From Fonticula alba ATCC 38817 (lineage: Eukaryota > Protista > Nucleariida): 64,000 nucleotides of DNA. A program made the translations under genes and the position numbers. The stretch lies in assembly GCA_000388065.2 (NCBI GenBank), contig KB932201.1. The stretch is one strand, 5' to 3'. Shown piece by piece: positions 1 to 10,313 of the stretch. The notes beneath the pieces are model-generated. The model saw nothing but the letters and a program-made list of their open reading frames with translations. It was not told the DNA's origin and did not search any database. Positions within the stretch are counted from its first letter, which is position 1, and every line of letters begins with the position of its first letter.

Positions 1-103
1 ACTTCCTGAACTTGTGCTGTTCTGCTTCGCCAATCCAATGTGTTTGTCTGCTTTTGCCCCTTTCAGCGATGTCTATTTTCCGGGCAGGGCCGGGGATGTG
101 CTT

Positions 104-622
104 TTAGGGGGGTGGCAAGGCCGCCAGGAGCCGGATGAAGGCGGACCCCTCCGTCAGGGGACTTGAAGGGGTGGCGGCATCCGCACGAGCCCAATTGGGC
201 GATTGTCTATCGGCCTGCATCCAACAGAAGTCATTAACACTGAGCAGGGTGGAGCTGGCGCTGGTGCAGGCAACCGCGCGACGCATGGCCTCCTCCCAGG
301 CATCCTGGCTGGCCAGAGGTGCCAAGTGCCCGAGCCCTGGCAGAGCGGTGATGGTGGCATCAGCGACAGCATTGGCATCATCAGTTCCGACGGCTGGCGG
401 AGGAGGGCCACATGCAGCCGGGGCCGGGCCGACAATCACCGCAGAACAGTCTTCGATGACCGGCCGGCTGTTGGAGAAGGCCGACAGGAAATGCACGCCA
501 GTGGACTTGGACATGCGGATCTGCCGGCATACGCGGCCGGAATCTTGGTGTCAGACGGGGGGCATGCGAGGGCACATGGACGGTGTGTGTGCGTGTGTGT
601 GCGTGCGTGTGTGTGCGTATGT

Positions 623-654
<32 letters not shown>

Positions 655-701
655 NNNNNNNNNNNNNNNNNNNNNNNNNNNNNNNNNNNNNNNNNNNNNN
701 N

Positions 702-761
<60 letters not shown>

Positions 762-1620
762 TGTGTGTGTGTGGGTCAAGGAGGCGCACCTGATGGCAGC
801 CCCCAAGTTCGGCCGGCAGGAGGGACAGCAGCAGCACATCGCAGCCATGGTCCACGTAGATTGTGGTCCCCTGGGGGGGTGGCAGCATCGCGGAGGCAGA
901 ATCCTCCTGGGGGGTGGGTGTCATTGCACCGACACCAGGTAGTGGGGCAAGCAGCACGCGGCAGCGCCGCAGCCCAGCAAGCGACAGGAAGGGCAGCGAG
1001 GTGACACTGCCGGAGCTCGGCCCGACGAGCAGCACAATGTCGGCCCCTTCGAGGTGTGAAAGCTGGATCATCCCGCCGGAGGGATAGGCCGCCGGCCCGA
1101 TGGGGGCCAGTAGTGCCACGGTCGATCCCGGCAGCAAGTATGTTGCAATCCCCTCGGGGCCGATATCCAGCGTGGCCGGTGCAGGGGGCCCGGCTCCCGC
1201 CGACAGGGGGGACGAGTGGACGGGCGTGGCGGCCGGCAGGGTGGCACGCGACGCCGGGGTACGTCGACGCCGGGGCGGTGCGCCAGCATTCCCAACTGCC
1301 TGGGCCTCGGGCAGGGCCAGCGTGGGGGCCAACTGTTCGCGCTGGCCGAGGGCCAGGTGCCCGGCGGCGAGCTCCAGCATGCGTTCCGATCGGGCAATAT
1401 CCATCGGCGGGAGGCGGCCAGAGGCATCAGCAGCGGCGCTCTGCCGGAGGATTGCCTGTACCGCATTCAGGGCAGGCTCCACCAGCTCCGGCCGGGCCGA
1501 CGGAGCAAGAGGCGGGAGCAGGCGCTCCAGTGCTGCCAGTGCGGTCGACAGCTCCTCCATCAGCTGAGCCCGGGCGCTGCGAGTGCGCGCCTCTGACCGA
1601 TGTGTCCAGGAGCCATCCAT
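104..1620 (-). CDS. TBCC: Tubulin-specific chaperone C (tubulin-binding cofactor C); 2 traced exons, start approximate
   Basis: Exon ~1620-790 carries an N-terminal helical part (LPPMDIARSERML) and beta-helix-like repeats ending GGCHQ. A GTGCGC donor at 789, a (CA)n intron and an AG acceptor at 522-521 lead to exon 520-104: IRMSKSTG...SRPVIEDCS...VNDFCW...SPNW. These match the TBCC motifs CQQLR, SRPIIEDC, VDDFNW and SPNW as I recall them. Confidence 0.8.
582..775. repeat. (GT)n/(CA)n microsatellite with an internal gap, in the TBCC intron
   Basis: Directly visible. Similar tracts occur at 18734-18860, 42500-42560 and 44228-44253. Confidence 0.95.
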
Positions 1621-1758
1621 CGGGAGAGCGGGGGATTGTTGCGGGCTTCGTGACCGAGAAGGAACCGTGCAGGGCGTGTGGTGTGATGAGGTGGCGGAGG
1701 CGCGGGCCGAGGATCCCCGAGGGGCGTGGAGGCAAGCAGGCAGTCAGGCAGACAGGCG

Positions 1759-1760
<2 letters not shown>

Positions 1761-1816
<56 letters not shown>
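1761..1816. repeat. (GA)n microsatellite
   Basis: Directly visible. Similar (GA/CT)n tracts occur at ~3215-3245, 5265-5296, 38645-38675, 45305-45332 and 63225-63308. Confidence 0.95.
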
Positions 1817-1821
<5 letters not shown>

Positions 1822-2952
1822 GCAATATGGTGTCCGGCCCAAAGTGCACCCGAGGCAAGGGGGGAGCAGATCAAGGCAGGCACGGAGTTGGCAGCCGGGC
1901 CCCGGAAGACTGCCGACGGACATGCCGCCGGCCGCCGCCGGCCCATCGCACGCAGCGGTTGGCGGCCGCGCCCAGGTGCTGGGTCCAGCGCGGGAGATTT
2001 GTCAATGGCGTGGGCTTTTTGCGCGCGTGCGCACACGGGCATGGGCGGACAGCCGCGCCTCGGGGCAAGGGTCTGTATCTGCGCGCGCGCGCGGGCACGC
2101 GTCCTCGTGTGTGGGCACTCCTCCTCCCCCCCCGCCCCGCCCTTGGGAAGCAGGGGTGGGGATGCCTTTTTTTTTTCCATCAAGGCCAGGCCGTTTCTGG
2201 CCGGTCACAGGCGCAAACAACGCGAGGCCGCCTTCTTTCCCTCCTCCTGGAGCAGATGGGATAGGCATAAGGCCGAGGCCTCACTGGCGATGGGGCCGGT
2301 CGCACGCGCTCCCTCGCCGGTGGCAGACACCGATGGCTCGTGAGAGCCAAACAAAGGTCCTGTGTCCCATGTGGCGGCCAAGACTGGCCGGTATGTGTGT
2401 GTGTGTGTGTGTGTATATGTATGTGTGTATGGGGGGGGGGGGGGGGGGGGTGTTGCCTCTCCTACACTTGGACCCCTCAGGTCGGGGCTCTCTTCGGATG
2501 GATCCACCCGAGGAGGCGGCCATTTCGGCCACCCCCGACCCCGGCAGCTGACTTGCTTCGCACGCAACACACCTTGGAGCCCGAGCAGCACAACTGTAAG
2601 CCTCCTCTCCCCCCCCTCCCCCCCTCCCCTCTATCTCTGCCTCTCCTTTCGGTCCTCCTTCTGTACTCTCGCCGCCTCCTTTCCTGGCCAGTGCTCTTTC
2701 TCCCTTCTCCTCTTCCCCCACGTGCGTCCATGTTCCCCTGGTCTTGCCGCTTGTCTCGGCCTTCCTTCTTCCCCCGCTTGTCGCCCCTTCTCTCTCGTAC
2801 CCCCCTGACTCACTCTCATGCACAGATCCTCCTGTGGCCCCGGCCCTGAGCCACCGCGCGCGCGCGCGCTCTTTCTCTCTCTCTCTCTCTCTCCCCCCCA
2901 CCTCTCCCCCTCTTGCTTCCCTCCTCCCTTATCCCATTCAATCGCTTCCACC

Positions 2953-3207
2953 ATGGGTGTCCCTGGCTTCTTCCGCTGGATCACCAAGAAATACTCCAAG
3001 TTAACGACCCCCTGCCATGAGGTCCAGCCGAAGGTCGTCAACGGCGTCACCATCCAGGTGGACGCCACTCAGCCGAACCCCAATGGCTTCGAGGTGGACA
3101 ACCTGTACCTGGATATGAACGGCATCATCCACCCATGTACCCATCCGCCGGGTCGCGTACGTGGCCACATTCGTCTTTGTCACCGGCTGCCCGCCCCCCC
3201 CCCCCCC

Positions 3208-3248
<41 letters not shown>

Positions 3249-5255
3249 TTCTCGCTTGCTCTCGGTTCCGGTCTTTTGTTGTTGCTTGACCCCTTACCCT
3301 TGTCGATTGTGTCCCTCTCACTCTGGCCACATGGATTGGCCCCCTGTCTGTGGCATCCATGCTCCTGACCATCGGCCCCTCCGCAGCCCGCTCCTGAGAC
3401 CGAGGAGGACATGTTCATCGAGATCATGAACTACATTGACCGGCTGTTTGCCATCGTCCGCCCTCGGCGTGTCTTGTACATGGCCATCGATGGTGTGGCC
3501 CCGCGTGCGAAGATGAACCAGCAGCGCTCGCGGCGCTTCCGCAGCGCCCTGGAGGCACGCGAGCTGCGCGCCAGCCAGGAGGCCATTCGCGAGGAGGCCA
3601 TCAAGCGGGGCGTCCCGCTGCCGAAGCCCTCAGCCCGGAAGATCGACTTCGACTCGAACGTCATCACCCCGGGCACCGCCTTCATGAGCAGTCTTTCGGA
3701 GTTCCTGCGCTTCTATGTGTCGAAGAAACTGTCGTCCGACCCCGCGTGGAAGGATGTGCGTCATGGCTGGGGGAGGGGGAAGGGGGGGGGGGGGTACTCT
3801 TGTTTTCCCAGCTGCCGGGCCGATGAGCTAACATGCCGCTTCGTCTCGCCGCTGCCTCTCAGCTCACGGTCTTCCTGTCGGATGCCAATGTCCCGGGTGA
3901 GGGTGAGCACAAGATCATTGATTACATCCGTCGCCAGCGGAATCAGCCGGATTATGACCCGAACACGCACCACGTTCTGCATGGCCTCGTACGTTCATTG
4001 GCCTGGGCGTGGGGGTATCCCTTTTCCTTCTTCTTATCCGTCAGATCCCCCTCGTCCCCTCTGCCTTCCCCCCTCCCCCCTTTTTCCCTTTCCTCCTACT
4101 AACTCCGGTCCTCTGGTCGCTCTTCCGGTTCCCCGCCTCCTTGGTCTTGCCTCGCTGCCCGGTGTGCCAGGACGCCGATCTCATCATGCTTGCCCTGTCC
4201 ACGCACGAGTTGCACTTCACCATCCTGCGTGAGGATGTCTTCGGCCAGGCGCAGGCGGCCCCTCGGTGCTTCTTGTGCCAGGGCGTCGGCCATGAGCCGG
4301 AGGAATGCCGTGGTGTTTCGGAGGATGGCCGGCCGCTGGGCATGGCCCCGCCGGCCCCGCCGCCGGTGAAGTTCCTCTACTTCCATGTGAGCCGCCTGCG
4401 TGAGTACCTCTACCATGAGCTCACGGTGCCGGGGCTGCCCTTCGCGGAAAGCCCGGAGCGCGCGGTCGATGACTGGGTCTTCATGTGCTTCTTCATCGGG
4501 AATGACTTCCTGCCGCACCTGCCCTCTCTTGATGTGCGCGAGGGCGCGGTCGATGCGCTGGTGGAGATCTACAAGCGTCTGCTGCCGCGCTTTGGCGGGT
4601 ATCTCACCAACAGCGGCCAGGTTGACCTCCAGCGGCTGGAGCTCTTCTGCCAGGAAATCGGCCAGCTGGAGGACAAGACCTTCGGTGCGCGCGCGCGCAT
4701 TCAGCAGGCCAAGGAGCGCTCGCAGCGCGAGCGCCAGGAGCGCCAGCAGGCCGCCGGTGGTCCGCGCGATATTGCCCCCCTGAATGAGGACCTCGAGGAG
4801 GATCGCATCATGTTTGACCAAGAGGGCTGGAAGAACCGGTGCGTCTGATTGTTGTTGCAGCCGCTGCTGTTGTCTTTTTTTTTTTTTCGTGGCCGATTGG
4901 CCAGCCTCTTTACTGATTGATTTGGTGTTTCCATCCCCTTCGCCCTGGTGCTGTGTGCATCGACGTCGGCCTGTGTGAATATGCATGCATCTTTTGTCTC
5001 GCTTGCCCTCCGCTCACAGCTACTATCACCGGAAGTTCCATCTTGGCACGCCATACTCGCTGGATGAGGAGGCGGTGACCGGGATCGCCAACTCCTACGT
5101 GGAGGGGCTGTGCTGGGTGCTGCTCTACTACTACCAGGGTGTTCCGTCCTGGCGCTGGTATTATCCGCAGCATTATGCGCCCTTTGCTTCGGACATGAAG
5201 GTGCGCCATTCTCGCGCCGTGCGCGCGCGTGCGAAGGGGGAGGGGGCCTCTCCCT

Positions 5256-5298
<43 letters not shown>

Positions 5299-7837
5299 CC
5301 TTTCGGGTGCTCGTCTGTCCCCCAGCTGCTGGCCATGCCCGACTGACCCTGCTGTTCTCTTTTCATTTGTGGCGTAAAAAAAAGCACATCTCCTCGATGA
5401 ACATCGATTTCGGCGAAAGCCAGCCTTTCAAGCCTTTTGAGCAGCTGATCGCCGTCTTCCCGTCCGATTCGTCGCATGCCCTGCCGAAGCCCTTTGCCGC
5501 GTTGATGACCGACGAGAAGTCCCCGATTGCGGATTTCTATCCGACCGATTTTGAGGTCGATCTCAATGGCAAACGTGTACGTCTCCAGCAGCGCTCGACG
5601 CTTTTTCGCTTTTCCCCCCCCCTTCCCCCCCCCCCCCCCCCCTCCCCTGCCACCTGCCGCCTTTGGTGTTGTCTGTCTGTCTGTCCCTACCCTGTCCTGT
5701 TTCTGATCATCCCCGCTCCACGCCCCCCCCCCTCCCCCTCCTCCTCCCCACTCCTCCTCCCTTTTGGGTGCCCTGCATGGGGCATGATCCCAGTTTGCCT
5801 GGCAGGGTGTGGTGCTGCTGCCCTTCATCGAGGAGAATCGCCTGCTGGAGGCCACGCGGGCTTGCGAGCACCTGCTGACCGAGGAGGAAAAGCGTCGGAA
5901 TTCCCTGGGCACTGACCGGGTGTTCATCTCGGACAAGCATCCGATCTTCGACTTCTTTGTCCAGACAGTCGGGGCGTCGTCGTCGTCGTCGTCGTCGCTG
6001 GCCCTGCCGGAGCCGACCGCGGCCGATGCCTCGCAGGTGACCGTCGTGTCTACCTCCGCCGATGAGGTTGATGGTGGCTTGCCTCGAATCACCGTGGAGC
6101 TCGAAACCGTTGAGGCCACCTCGGCCGGCATTGCATCCGATGGTGGCACCTCCACCGAGGCCGCCTCCACCGAGGCCGCCTCCGCCGAGACCGCCTCCAC
6201 CGAGACCGCCTCCACCGAGGCCGCCTCCACCGAGATCGTCTCGGCCAAGGACGCCTCCCTAGCCAGCGGGGCCACCGACAGTGGTGACGATGGGCCCGAG
6301 TCGCCGGACGCCGCGGACTTGGCCGCCGGCTGGAAGCGCCTCCCTCGGACTTGGACCACGCTTGCCGGACTCATCAAGCCCGCTGGTGGGAATGCCACCA
6401 TGCCGGCTGAGCTGACTTTCCCCCCGGCGCGGGTGTACAAGGACCGTGGCCTGCCCCACGGTGCCGAGGATGATAGCATTGACGAGCGTCTGGAGCCATT
6501 CATTTCTTCGGCCCTGTCGGCCCTCTTCAAGTGCCCTTCCTTCCCGGAGGGCTTTGTCTTCCCGGCGCGTGCGCTGTCTGGTGCCAAGCAGCCGAAGAAG
6601 GTTCGTCTTCGTGGACTTCCGTCTCCTGTCCTCTCTTTCTTTGGGCATCCCATTTTGTGTCATCCTTCGTCCCGCCGCCTCATGTTGCCTGTTTGTTTGG
6701 CCGGATTGCTAACCGAGCCACATGACCCGATCCTCTCGCCGGCGATAGGTCGTGTCTGGGGACGATCTCCAGCGCATCCCCCGGTCGCACTACATTGCAC
6801 TGGGTCCGCGCGGGCGTGACGACCGTCGCGACATGTCCGGCCCCGGGCAGCATCCATCCAAGCGCCACCGCGGTGGGGATGGCGGCTTCCATGGCGGCCC
6901 GCGTCATCGTGGCGGGGACTTCTCCGCGGATCATGGGGGCTTCCCGCCGAATGGCCCGCCTCCTCCGCATCATGGCCGGGGCGGTGGCTACCGCGGCGGC
7001 AATGACGGATACTATGGCGATGGTGGCTATGGTGGTGGCTACCGCGGTGGCAATGATGGCTATCGTGGCGGTGATGGCGGTAACTATCGTAACCATGACG
7101 CTGGCGGCTATGCCGGTGGTGGTGGCGGTGGTCATGGCGGCTACGGCGGCCATGACGGTCGTGGTGGCTATGGTGGCCCTGGTGGTTACGGCGGCCCTGG
7201 CGGCCCCGGCGGCTACGGTGGCGGCCCCGGCGGCTACGGTGGCGGCCCCGGTGGTCCTGGTGGCTACGGCGGCCCTGGTGGCTACGGCGGCCCTGGTGGC
7301 TACGGCGGCCCTGGCGGCCCTGGCGGCCCTGGCGGCCCTGGCGGCTACGGCGGTCCTGGCGCGCCTGGTGGCTATGGCTACGGCGGCCCTGGTGGTTACG
7401 GTGGCCCTGGCGGCCACAGCGGTCCGGATCATGGCGGCTATGGCGGTCCTCCCTCGCGACACAATGGCGGTCGGTATAATGATCAGCCGCCTCAGCGGCA
7501 TGCTCACCGGCGCCCGGCGCCTCCGCAGCATGGCCACCAGTCGCACCGCTCGCAAGGCGGGCGCCCTCCCTTCGACAATGACCTCGGCAATCCCGCCCTG
7601 AGCATGCAGTACCATGGGTTTGATGCTGGGGCGGGACCGGCTCACGAGTCGGCCAATGCCCCCTTCTACATGGGCCCCTCTTCGCATCACGATGGCCCGC
7701 CAGCCGACTCGCGGAGAGGTGCTCACTCTGCCCCGGCCCCGGGGCCGTATTATGGTGGCCCGCCACCCGGCGGCCCGCCTTCCCACCCAAGTGGAGGTCC
7801 TCCTCCGCCGGGTAAGCGCTTCTCCTTCAAGCGCTGA
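2953..7837 (+). CDS. XRN2: 5'-3' exoribonuclease 2 (Xrn2/Rat1), 8 exons
   Basis: Motifs: [68 protein letters not shown], zinc knuckle [47 protein letters not shown]. Exons: 2953-3156, 3387-3755, 3863-3988, 4171-4838, 5020-5200, 5385-5576, 5794-6600, 6749-7837, all GT-AG and in frame. The zinc knuckle favours Xrn2 over Xrn1. Confidence 0.95.
6151..6240 (+). repeat. Coding 15-bp tandem repeat, 6 units (STEAA-like) inside XRN2 exon 7
   Basis: Variants of tccaccgaggccgcc encode [30 protein letters not shown]. Confidence 0.9.
7160..7420 (+). repeat. Coding GGYGGPGG low-complexity repeats in the XRN2 C-terminal tail
   Basis: Repeated ggcggctacggcggccctggt-like units; ORF 6752-7837 reads (GGYGGPGG)n. 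Confidence 0.9.
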
Positions 7838-8695
7838 GAGCGGCCCCTTCCCCCTCTTCTATCTCGAAGGCGGCCTGCCCTTGCCGGACAATGGGATTTC
7901 CCCCACTGCCCTTCTCCCTCTTCTTCCATCTGTTCTCACTCTCCCGAGAGCCCTTTCTCGCTGTGACACTCTTCCCCCCCCCTGCCTCTTTCTTTCTTTC
8001 TCTCTCCCTCCCCCCCCCTCTCTCTCTCTCTCTTTCTCTCGAAATGCGTCGACCCGCTGGTGAGCGTGGCGTTGGAGGAGCAAGACAGCCAACAAGAGGC
8101 AACCTTTTTAAACAAGATTTCGATACCCCTGCGTGTTTGCTTTTTCCTCGATTCACCTCGCTCCTGCCCCCCGTGCTTTCTCTCCGGCCAGAGGGGGGGG
8201 TGTTCAGCCGGCGGCATGAGCCGAGATCGATCAGATGCCAACGTATCATTTCTCCTGGGCGTCCAATGAGCGCCGGTCGGGCAAAAGCGCAAGGGGACTG
8301 GCCAACGCGCGGGCCTTTTGGGGTTGGATAGGGTGCGCCTGTGCGCCTGTGTGCCTGTGCGTGCTTGTGCGGGGCAAGGGTGTGTGTGTGTGTGTGTGTG
8401 TGTGGCTATTTGCGGGTGCCTGTGTGCAGGGAACGGGAAAAGGGGCTGCCGACCGGCCCCGTTCAACAGGCGTGGCTGTGGCTGAGGCCCAGAGCCTCGG
8501 GGCAAAATACACCGCCCAGCCTTCTCTTCCTTCATCGCCTCCCTCTCGCTCTCCCCGCCCTCCCTTCGGTCTCCGAGGCCGGTCAGCTCTCTTTATCCTC
8601 CTCTCCCCCCCCCCCCCCCCCCCCGCGCCGTTTCTCTTTCCCCTGCTTCCCTCTGCTCCACACCACCCCTATTCTTGAGCGGCTGCAGCCCCAGC

Positions 8696-9952
8696 ATGGA
8701 GTCGGGTTCCGACTTGCCCGCGGGCGGGCGTCCGCCCCAGGAGTTGGTCGTTCGTCCGGATCAGGCCGATCCTGCCTCTGCATCACGGCCAGCCGGTGCG
8801 TCCCATGGACATGGTCTTCTACTTGTCTTCTGCTGGTCTTGCTCCGCCTCCGCGCCCCACTGACGGAGGCTGCTCCTCTCCCAAACACCCAACCTCCCAG
8901 GCCCCCGACAGATTGAGCAGGATGATGTGGCCCAATTTTGGGAGCAGCAATACGAGTGGGTACGTATCTGACAGTTCCTTTTTTTTTTTTTGCCCCGGGA
9001 CCGCCCATTGCTCCCGCGGGAATCCACCCACTACCTTCGCCATCTCTGCCAGCCTTTCTTTCTCTTTCTCTTTCTCTCTCTCTCTCTCTCTTTCCCCCCC
9101 CCCCCCCGCCTAACCATGCATTGTCTTCGACCGTCTTGCCATCAGATTATGAAAATGTCTCCCACCGAGTTGCGGACCCACGAGCTCCCATTGGCCCGGA
9201 CCAAGAAGATCCTCCGCAACACGACCGACATCATGAACTGTGGTCCAACTGCACCAGGTGGGGGAACAGCAGCGGCAGCGGCAGCAGCGGCGGCGGCAGC
9301 GGCGGCGGCGGCCGCTGCAGCGGCGGCCGCCGCCGCCGAGGCAGCCGCCGGCAATGGCACTGCTCCCGCTCCCCAGGGCGAGGCGCACCTCCATCCCCAT
9401 GCCGGCTATGCGTCTCATGGTTCGGAAGCCGCCGGGGGACAGAACCCGATGTCGGCGGCCACGGTGGCCGCGGTGGCGGCGGCCGCGGCGGCGGCGGTGG
9501 CCGCGGTCACCGGCGGCGATCCTGCCGGCACGGCGGACAAGCAGGATGACGGGTTTGAATCCGGCGATCTCTTGTCCACCGGGGCCGCTCCTCTGTCGAT
9601 GATGCTGAGCAGCGAGCTACCGCGGGTGATCTCGCGAGTGTGCGAGCTTTTCGTCCTGGACATCACCCGACGTGCGTGGGTCATCGCACAGGAGAGTGAT
9701 CGGGCACGCGAGCCCCCGGCCCCGGCGCCCGTGGCCCCGGGGTCCGAGACATCGGATCAACCTCCTCCGCGCCGGCGCGGGCGCCCGCGCGGGACCAGCT
9801 CCGCACAAAAGTGCACAAAGCGTCACCGAATCCTTCAGAAGGATCACGTCGTGCGGGCCATTACCAGCTGCGATGTCTTTGATTTCCTGGTCGACCTCAT
9901 TGGCCCATCTATTCAAAAGGGTGACACCGCGGGGCCGGCCCCGCCTCGGTAG
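8696..9952 (+). CDS. NFYC: NF-YC/HAP5-like CCAAT-binding histone-fold subunit with large insertions, 3 exons
   Basis: Exons 8696-8795, 8901-8959 and 9146-9952 join in frame to give ...VAQFWEQQYEW|IMKMSPTELRTHELPLARTKKIL...MLSSELPRVISRVCELFVLDITRRAW...RILQKDHVVRAITSCDVFDFLVDLI. This matches the NF-YC motifs FW..Q, LPLARIKKI, ACELFILELT.RAW, TLQ..D and FDFL.DI. Confidence 0.88.
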
Positions 9953-10313
9953 GCATCTTCCCGGCTGGCTCCGTGTCAAAATCCCAAATAGCAACACCGG
10001 TGGCAAGACCCCCATCGATGCCAAGCATGTTCATGTATTTGCCACACGTGGGGGTGGCACTCGCCTCCCCGGTGGCGGAGGCGGCGACAAGGCAAGGCAG
10101 GCGCACATTGGCATCCCGGGCGAGAGAGAGAGAGGCCGGAGCAGGGGGAGGAGGGGAAAGGGGGAGAGGGGGAGCAACGGAAGGGGAGCCTCAAGGGGGG
10201 GGGGGGAATGGGGGGGCATTGATGCGGATCATGATTAGCCCCAAACGAAGGGGGGATTTGGGAGCACAAGTTCACGGGAGAGCGGGAAGCGAGGGGAATG
10301 GAGAGGCCGCTAC

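Noticed and set aside
7160-7420. Regular repeats as a CRISPR-like or satellite array
   Set aside because: They are in-frame codon repeats of the XRN2 tail with no unique spacers, in a eukaryotic context.
4701-7790. Long antisense ORFs (4701-6653, 6660-7790, 6680-7786) and similar ones throughout the window
   Set aside because: These are shadow ORFs opposite real GC-rich genes, with few stop codons and no domain motifs.
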